Source: a virus
Taxonomy: Duplodnaviria > Heunggongvirae > Uroviricota > Caudoviricetes
Direction: 5' to 3' (one strand)
Length of the DNA: 64,000 bases
IMG/VR virus record: IMGVR_UViG_3300031413_000001
This document shows positions 58,579-64,000 of this stretch, piece by piece. The notes under the pieces were generated by a model that searched no databases, was not told the origin of the DNA, and saw nothing but the letters and a program-made list of their open reading frames with translations. The number at the start of each line of letters is the position of its first letter. Position 1 is the stretch's first letter. Position numbers and translations under genes: made by a program.

Positions 58579-58796
58579 GCAGCAGCTATAAGGCTCATCA
58601 TGATCACCACGAGATTTGGATCATGAATGGTGTGAGCAAGATGACGCCAGAGATCCGTGCGTGGCTTGATGAGTTCGCGGGCAAAAAGTGGCTGGGCAGT
58701 ATGGGTGCTGGATCTATGAATGGCAATCGGGTAGGCATGATGCATAACTTTTCCTGCAAGGAAACTGCCATGCTCTTTAAATTGACGTGGGGATAA
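58575..58796 (+). CDS. FKLTW-family array gene 8
   Basis: FSCKETAMLFKLTWG. Confidence 0.85.
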   Translation: MSSSYKAHHDHHEIWIMNGVSKMTPEIRAWLDEFAGKKWLGSMGAGSMNGNRVGMMHNFSCKETAMLFKLTWG

Positions 58797-58817
58797 GTCC
58801 ACTCCTATAGTGAGTCT

Positions 58818-59099
58818 ATGTATGAACTCTCGATCATGCTCCCAGGAGCACTTGGAAATTACAATCGCCGACACACTCCTCTTCCCCGAGGATTGGAGTG
58901 GGGAAAGCCCCGAGGATACCAGATAGTTCCAACTGATGAGCTATGCGAGTGGCTTACTTCTTTTACCCGTAGCCACGCTACCATTGAGTTGCTTCATAGA
59001 AACTCCAGTGTTTGGGAGCCTCACCGAGAAGTCATTGGAGTTTCCTTTGGTTTCCTGGAAGCCTCTGATGCCCTCCTGTTTAAGTTGACCTGGTTATGA
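58818..59099 (+). CDS. FKLTW-family array gene 9
   Basis: FLEASDALLFKLTWL. Confidence 0.85.
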   Translation: MYELSIMLPGALGNYNRRHTPLPRGLEWGKPRGYQIVPTDELCEWLTSFTRSHATIELLHRNSSVWEPHREVIGVSFGFLEASDALLFKLTWL

Positions 59100-59335
59100 T
59101 TGGTGTGGAAGTCAGTAACGATCTGATTAAGATGGCAAAGGATGATCTCCACTACGTTCTAAGGGATGATGTGGTCAATTGGCTGCATGTTCATGCAGGG
59201 ACTGGAGATTGTAGGGGAGGGTGGTCTCCTGATTGCGATTGGCTCTGGACCTACAAGAGCGTGGACTACCGAGGGGCAGCCGTGGTGTTCAGTGATGCCA
59301 AGGCCGCCATGTTGTTCAAGTTGACTTGGGTATAG
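59096..59335 (+). CDS. FKLTW-family array gene 10
   Basis: FSDAKAAMLFKLTWV. Confidence 0.85.
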   Translation: MIGVEVSNDLIKMAKDDLHYVLRDDVVNWLHVHAGTGDCRGGWSPDCDWLWTYKSVDYRGAAVVFSDAKAAMLFKLTWV

Positions 59336-59356
59336 TTCTGCTCTATAGAGGGGAAG

Positions 59357-59617
59357 ATGGCTAGACGGCGTCCTCAAACTTCCTGGCTGGTAAGCATTCC
59401 CAGCAGCATCATGCCAAGTACGTGGGCCAATATGAATGGCGATCTCGATTGGGAGATCGACCTGTGGTTTGAGGAACTGGGTCTTGAGTGGCGACGTGAT
59501 TGGTGGATGGCTATGAACCCCTCCTACCGTCACGACCTGGCATTTCAGGATCGCCGGACTGCCCAACTGATTTTTCTTCTCGTGGAAAGCAGGGCTGATG
59601 AAAATACAAGTTCATGA
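59357..59617 (+). CDS. FKLTW-family array gene 11 (degenerate motif)
   Basis: EIDLWF...FQDRRTAQLIFLL. Confidence 0.7.
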   Translation: MARRRPQTSWLVSIPSSIMPSTWANMNGDLDWEIDLWFEELGLEWRRDWWMAMNPSYRHDLAFQDRRTAQLIFLLVESRADENTSS

Positions 59618-59909
59618 CATTGGTATCCCCTGGTGGCCCTGGAACTACCGCTATCGAGTGACGGCCATTGGAAAGCCCAAGGTGGATGCCCCCGCGTTGG
59701 GCTATGACAACAACCTCTTTGATCTACAGGATAGGCTGGGCTGGGAACCCAACTACGATTATCTTCGTCCAGATATTCGGAACTGGCTCCATGATAGCTT
59801 GAACTACATGGACTGGACCACCGAGCATCCCAATGATGCTGGCGAGGAGTGTGGGATCCTTTTCCGGCGTCGTAAAGACGTGATGATGTTCAAGCTGGCT
59901 TGGGGCTAA
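59598..59909 (+). CDS. FKLTW-family array gene 12
   Basis: FRRRKDVMMFKLAWG. Confidence 0.85.
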   Translation: MKIQVHDIGIPWWPWNYRYRVTAIGKPKVDAPALGYDNNLFDLQDRLGWEPNYDYLRPDIRNWLHDSLNYMDWTTEHPNDAGEECGILFRRRKDVMMFKLAWG

Positions 59910-60187
59910 TGGATATCGTAGCACATCGTCGTGAGTGCGATAGGCTACTAAAAGCCGGTATCAGAGTGGCGATCGCACCCCAGCATATAATCAATGGTTT
60001 CAATCAGATATCTGAAGAACTGATCCAGTGGCTTCTTGAACGTGGTTACACCACTGGTGGCATCACGCCTGATCCATATAGGATCTGGGCAGGAAGCCGA
60101 CCCAATGCTCGAGAGCCCAACGCTGCGGTAATATTTCATCCCAGTCAAGCACAGGATGCACTCTTGTTTAAGTTGACCTGGGGATGA
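59909..60187 (+). CDS. FKLTW-family array gene 13
   Basis: AQDALLFKLTWG. Confidence 0.85.
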   Translation: MDIVAHRRECDRLLKAGIRVAIAPQHIINGFNQISEELIQWLLERGYTTGGITPDPYRIWAGSRPNAREPNAAVIFHPSQAQDALLFKLTWG

Positions 60188-60438
60188 ATAGCGTGGTTCC
60201 TATTCCCGACAGCCTCCTATATAGGGACACTCATCCCTACAGTAGTGGATGGTGGATTCGCCAAGACATCTTTCAGTGGTTGACCACCTTTGTGGGACGT
60301 GGAAATCAAGCTGGTGGTTGGTCCGGGGAGTGTGAGTGGATCTGGGTTTACGCATTCGTTGATGGGCAACCCACCAACAATGCAATATCCTTCCAGGATC
60401 CCAAAGCTGCCATGTTGTTCAAACTCACATGGGCGTAG
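60184..60438 (+). CDS. FKLTW-family array gene 14
   Basis: FQDPKAAMLFKLTWA. Confidence 0.85.
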   Translation: MNSVVPIPDSLLYRDTHPYSSGWWIRQDIFQWLTTFVGRGNQAGGWSGECEWIWVYAFVDGQPTNNAISFQDPKAAMLFKLTWA

Positions 60439-60662
60439 AATACAACATCATACTCAGCGACAAGGTTGCCTATAGGGAACACCACTGTACGGAAAGTCCC
60501 TGGGGAAGTTATCAGATATTCAACCCCGAGATAGCCGAATGGCTAGATGCCCGACTCGCTCCCAACAAGTGGGACCACGACATTGACTTTGACACACAGA
60601 ACTGTATCGTGACCATAGAGGACAAGGATGTGGCACTGTTGTTCAAGTTGACCTGGGTATGA
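60429..60662 (+). CDS. FKLTW-family array gene 15
   Basis: IEDKDVALLFKLTWV. Confidence 0.85.
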   Translation: MGVEYNIILSDKVAYREHHCTESPWGSYQIFNPEIAEWLDARLAPNKWDHDIDFDTQNCIVTIEDKDVALLFKLTWV

Positions 60663-61027
60663 TTGAGTGGACGTTCGTGCAGCTCTATGGCCTCCGGTAT
60701 TTTTCCCGGCAAGGTTTTAGCTCAGCCACTTCACCAGTTCATCGCTGGCGACCTGATGGTCGACCGGCAACCTTTGGCGTCGCCATTGCCGACCATGTGT
60801 TCGAGTGGCTAGATGCCAATTGCAAGGGTAGGTGGTACCACGTAACCAATCGTCAATTCACCACCATTGAACAGATAACTGTTACCCGCGATGATCAGGA
60901 AGAGCTTCGCTTGGCTCGCAAACTCAATCTCGTGACTGATGAGATGCGTGACAAGTTCCGCAGCATCCGCGAGATTGCCTTTGAATTGAAGAGCGACGCG
61001 CTCATGTTCAAGCTGAGTATTGCCTGA
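60659..61027 (+). CDS. FKLTW-family array gene 16
   Basis: FELKSDALMFKLSIA. Confidence 0.8.
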   Translation: MIEWTFVQLYGLRYFSRQGFSSATSPVHRWRPDGRPATFGVAIADHVFEWLDANCKGRWYHVTNRQFTTIEQITVTRDDQEELRLARKLNLVTDEMRDKFRSIREIAFELKSDALMFKLSIA

Positions 61028-61257
61028 TGGGCATTCGTGTTCACTGTGATCTTTCAAAAGCCTGCGAGTGGCTTGAGGCAAGAAATCGACGGGGTGGGTA
61101 TTGGAAAGTTCGCCCCGAAGTTCTTGACTTCATGGATAGTCGAGGGATTCCTTTTCGATCCAATGCCAGCCTCAGTGAGCAGGACTGGTCAGTGGTATTT
61201 CCCGATGAGTTTGCCAGGGATGCCATGTTGTTCAAACTAACGTGGGGTGGAAAGTGA
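61027..61257 (+). CDS. FKLTW-family array gene 17
   Basis: ARDAMLFKLTWGGK. Confidence 0.85.
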   Translation: MGIRVHCDLSKACEWLEARNRRGGYWKVRPEVLDFMDSRGIPFRSNASLSEQDWSVVFPDEFARDAMLFKLTWGGK

Positions 61258-61514
61258 GCGACCTGTGGGGCGACACGCTGAGCAAGAGCATGGAGTGGTA
61301 CAACTCCTGCACGTTTGTCCGCGTTCCAACAACTAGCTTGAATGATGCTCTTTCCTGGTGCGTGGAAAAGAAGGGCCTGAGCGGCCACGATCGACTGTAT
61401 AGTGAGGACAGAGTTGGTTGGGGTTGGACTTCTGGTCCAACCAGCGACGTGTGGGTCTTTTACTTTCAGAACGATCCTGATTTTGCCATGCTGTTCAAAT
61501 TGACTTGGGCGTGA
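61254..61514 (+). CDS. FKLTW-family array gene 18
   Basis: DPDFAMLFKLTWA. Confidence 0.85.
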   Translation: MSDLWGDTLSKSMEWYNSCTFVRVPTTSLNDALSWCVEKKGLSGHDRLYSEDRVGWGWTSGPTSDVWVFYFQNDPDFAMLFKLTWA

Positions 61515-61534
61515 ATACTCTATAGGGAGGATTA

Positions 61535-61834
61535 ATGATCACCTTTCCTCTCACCGACAAACAGATCTACAGCCTGTCTGAGGACACCTCAAATCCTTGG
61601 GTAGCGGTCCTGGATGCGATGAAGACCTGGGCCAAGGAGATGAATCTTCAGTATATCCCCAGTGGATCCACGTTGAAAGAATTGCCTCCTGGGCATTGGT
61701 GTGTGAAAAGCTACAATTACGACCAGAGGCGACGTGAAGGTGGCGGTGGCATCTGGAATCACCGGATGATCTGCTTCAACGATGCGGATGCCAAACACGC
61801 CATGATATTCAAACTTCGTTGGGGCGGGCAGTGA
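61535..61834 (+). CDS. FKLTW-family array gene 19
   Basis: AKHAMIFKLRWGG. Confidence 0.85.
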   Translation: MITFPLTDKQIYSLSEDTSNPWVAVLDAMKTWAKEMNLQYIPSGSTLKELPPGHWCVKSYNYDQRRREGGGGIWNHRMICFNDADAKHAMIFKLRWGGQ

Positions 61835-62115
61835 AGCAGCAAGTCTTTTGGGTTCCCAGCGATATAGACCTCCCAAAGGTAACTGTCGTGACACTCCACG
61901 ATCCCAGTGGTGAGAAGATTGCCGATTCAGTCATGTGGGCAGGAGAGCGCCTGGGACCCAGCAACGGCAACGGTGGGGATATCAGAGGCAAGAACTGGGA
62001 CTTCACCCCTGGATGGCTGGCGCAGTTTGGTAGCAAGGATCTACATTTTTACTTTGGTGACGAAGTGGATCGTGATACCATCGTCTTGTTCAAACTTACA
62101 TTTGGTGGTCGATGA
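61831..62115 (+). CDS. FKLTW-family array gene 20
   Basis: DTIVLFKLTFGG. Confidence 0.8.
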   Translation: MKQQVFWVPSDIDLPKVTVVTLHDPSGEKIADSVMWAGERLGPSNGNGGDIRGKNWDFTPGWLAQFGSKDLHFYFGDEVDRDTIVLFKLTFGGR

Positions 62116-62426
62116 CTAGCGCGACTGTTGAGCTGCCCTGGGAGCGACTGGTTGATTGGGGGATGGGAATCACCCTAAAGCAGGAAGTCCTGGACTGGCT
62201 CCAGGCAAACATTGGCCTGGGTGATAGTCGTTGGTGGAACAGTGTTGTGGAATTGGTCTTTCACCTTGACCACTGCGAGAACGATGGGCCGGGTTGTATC
62301 TCCTCAGGAGAGCAATGCGTGGGTCATGAGGACTGGGGCTGGTCGATCGGTACAAGGAGTGGGAAAGGCTTCTTTGTGTTCCGGGATCCTGCCCACGCGG
62401 TCATGTTCAAGTTGACTTGGGCATGA
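62112..62426 (+). CDS. FKLTW-family array gene 21
   Basis: FRDPAHAVMFKLTWA. Confidence 0.85.
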   Translation: MTSATVELPWERLVDWGMGITLKQEVLDWLQANIGLGDSRWWNSVVELVFHLDHCENDGPGCISSGEQCVGHEDWGWSIGTRSGKGFFVFRDPAHAVMFKLTWA

Positions 62427-62656
62427 GGGAAGTTGAACTATCGCTGGAGCGCCTTCGCGAGATCAACGAAGAGATCAACAAGGTAAAGGCAGTTCAGACC
62501 TATCTGATAGAGTGGTGCGTGGAACATGTCAAGGAACGACCTATCAGCACCATCGTGAGCAAGCCCGCAGTTTATAATAGTGTGGAGTTTAGGGGAATCA
62601 TGTTTGAGTTCCGTGAGCCCCAAAATGCCATGATGTTCAAATTGAGGTGGGCATAA
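62423..62656 (+). CDS. FKLTW-family array gene 22
   Basis: FREPQNAMMFKLRWA. Confidence 0.85.
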   Translation: MREVELSLERLREINEEINKVKAVQTYLIEWCVEHVKERPISTIVSKPAVYNSVEFRGIMFEFREPQNAMMFKLRWA

Positions 62657-62892
62657 TGCCCTTGATGTCAGTGGTCATGCAAACTCATCCCGTAATCGTC
62701 AGTATGCCCATGGATCAGAGCGACGATCACTGGATTGAAATAGATGATTGGATCTCCAGCAAAAACCTTGATGTCATTTGGAGTTCCAACGTGGACACCT
62801 CGGGTATCGCACCATTTCCATTCCTGCGCCACTTCTGTTTTAAGACGGAAGACCGGGAGGCAGCCATGCTGTTCAAACTTACATGGCTATAA
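62656..62892 (+). CDS. FKLTW-family array gene 23
   Basis: EDREAAMLFKLTWL. Confidence 0.85.
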   Translation: MPLMSVVMQTHPVIVSMPMDQSDDHWIEIDDWISSKNLDVIWSSNVDTSGIAPFPFLRHFCFKTEDREAAMLFKLTWL

Positions 62893-63101
62893 CTGTGGAA
62901 ATCTCCGATCGCGGAGATTGGAATACCGTCTATAGGGAAGCATCCAATTGGATGGTGGACCACTTTCCAGATCTTTGCCTTCCAGTCACAGATCCCAAGC
63001 GGGTCTATAATGGTTGGGACGTGTCTTTTGGTCTTGACACCATACAGTTCTATTTTGAAGATCCTCAGGTTGCTATGTTGTTCAAGTTGACTTTTGCCTA
63101 A
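62883..63101 (+). CDS. FKLTW-family array gene 24
   Basis: FEDPQVAMLFKLTFA. Confidence 0.85.
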   Translation: MAITVEISDRGDWNTVYREASNWMVDHFPDLCLPVTDPKRVYNGWDVSFGLDTIQFYFEDPQVAMLFKLTFA

Positions 63102-63121
63102 CCTGGCTTTACGATACAGGT

Positions 63122-63430
63122 ATGGAAACGCACCACTCCTGGAAATCCTTTATCGCCCAGGGGCGAGCATGGCGTGCCGTGGCCGAGTGGTCCAGTGAGT
63201 TCTTTGATCGAATTGAAGACGAGCAATATGACGACTATGATGTCTATCCCCTGAGGGAAGATGTCAGAGCATGGTTGGATAAGTTGCCTCGTGGTCGATG
63301 GTGGGTTGAAAGTCCCGATGGCACTGGTCTCATAGACATCACGGGCCCACGATGGATGCGTCCCATCTACTTTCGTTTTCGTCGAGACCTAATGCTGTTC
63401 AAGTTGAGGTGGGACCATGGTGCGAAATAA
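63122..63430 (+). CDS. FKLTW-family array gene 25
   Basis: FRFRRDLMLFKLRW. Confidence 0.85.
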   Translation: METHHSWKSFIAQGRAWRAVAEWSSEFFDRIEDEQYDDYDVYPLREDVRAWLDKLPRGRWWVESPDGTGLIDITGPRWMRPIYFRFRRDLMLFKLRWDHGAK

Positions 63431-63641
63431 AGACTTTCCCAACAAGGTAACCATCCGGCTTCACCGCTTGGAGTTTCAGGCTCTTCTAGCTTGGCTTCAT
63501 GCAGCTGGGCATGAGTTGCGCGTCACGATGAAGTTTGGTGACAACCAGCACAAGAGCGCGGATCCTGACCACCTTCAGCAGGACATCTTGTTCAAAGATC
63601 GAAAGGACGCCATGTTGTTCAAGCTGGCGTGGTATCGATGA
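63417..63641 (+). CDS. FKLTW-family array gene 26
   Basis: FKDRKDAMLFKLAW. Confidence 0.85.
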   Translation: MVRNKDFPNKVTIRLHRLEFQALLAWLHAAGHELRVTMKFGDNQHKSADPDHLQQDILFKDRKDAMLFKLAWYR

Positions 63642-63901
63642 TTCAGTTCATTATCAAAGATTACCACGTGTGGGGAAACCGCAACGAGGAACTCGCACCA
63701 CCACGTCTCCCCTATGAGGTCCAGGATTGGCTCAACGATAGCGGGATCACGGAGTATGGATTGGAGTGGAAGCACAATGAAAAGGCTTCCCTGGGAAAGC
63801 ACCAAAAGGCACAGGTGTTTGAGACCCACATCCTCTTTTACAAGAACAGCGATGGTATGATTTTCAAGCTTCGATGGTACCACCACATACAAAATGCTTG
63901 A
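63638..63901 (+). CDS. FKLTW-family array gene 27
   Basis: FYKNSDGMIFKLRW. Confidence 0.8.
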   Translation: MIQFIIKDYHVWGNRNEELAPPRLPYEVQDWLNDSGITEYGLEWKHNEKASLGKHQKAQVFETHILFYKNSDGMIFKLRWYHHIQNA

Positions 63902-64000
63902 GCACAATGGGCACAACCTTTACTCTACCACACAAAATTGACAGTATAACCAGGGATGGCTGGCTTTGGTACAGCCATGATCATTTTAATCCGCCGACTG

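Noticed and set aside
56788-63901. CRISPR array suggested by the ~25-bp motif recurring every ~250 bp
   Set aside because: Repeats are degenerate at synonymous positions, intervening segments are 200-350 bp open reading frames, and no cas genes are in the window.
56788-63901. Classical integron or diversity-generating retroelement
   Set aside because: No attC-like hairpins, integrase or reverse transcriptase in the window, and no template/variable repeat pair differing only at adenines. Enzymes elsewhere in the genome cannot be excluded.
1-64000. Bacterial chromosome or integrated prophage (because of trpS, nadE, L,D-transpeptidase)
   Set aside because: These genes sit inside phage-type promoter cassettes among small unknown ORFs and next to virion genes; no housekeeping operons, integrase or att site seen.

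Overview
This 64 kb window looks like part of a large (jumbo-type, probably T4-superfamily-like) lytic dsDNA phage. The host is most likely an alphaproteobacterium; a Sphingomonas/Caulobacter-like host is inferred from promoter style and host-like genes. There are four blocks. (1) 1-45.6 kb holds about 100 mostly small minus-strand early/accessory genes in cassettes, each opened by one of about 50 copies (manual count) of a conserved promoter+leader element. It includes an NMNAT/NadD-PRTase fusion, NadE, a 2OG-Fe(II) oxygenase, TrpRS, an Acb1-like 2H phosphoesterase, a SleB-like hydrolase, an L,D-transpeptidase, an LMW-PTP, and MazG-, UDG-, GNAT- and WGR-like proteins, plus three promoter-driven ORF-less structured segments (candidate ncRNAs). 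(2) 45.7-55.5 kb is a divergent virion module (Ig-like, baseplate and tail-fibre proteins) with back-to-back TAAATA late-promoter-like boxes. (3) 55.5-56.8 kb is a 1.3 kb non-coding region packed with CTATAG palindromes and iteron-like repeats. (4) 56.8-63.9 kb is an uninterrupted tandem array of 27 divergent paralogous small genes sharing a C-terminal F-x-D-x3-A-M-L-F-K-L-T-W motif, with two more copies at 0.2-0.7 kb. At every gapped junction in this array, the Leu-Thr codons of that motif (TTG ACN) also form the -35 box of a sigma70-like promoter for the next gene. The array and its dual-coding junction are the strongest candidate for an undescribed system. All calls come from motif recognition by eye; no database searches were run.
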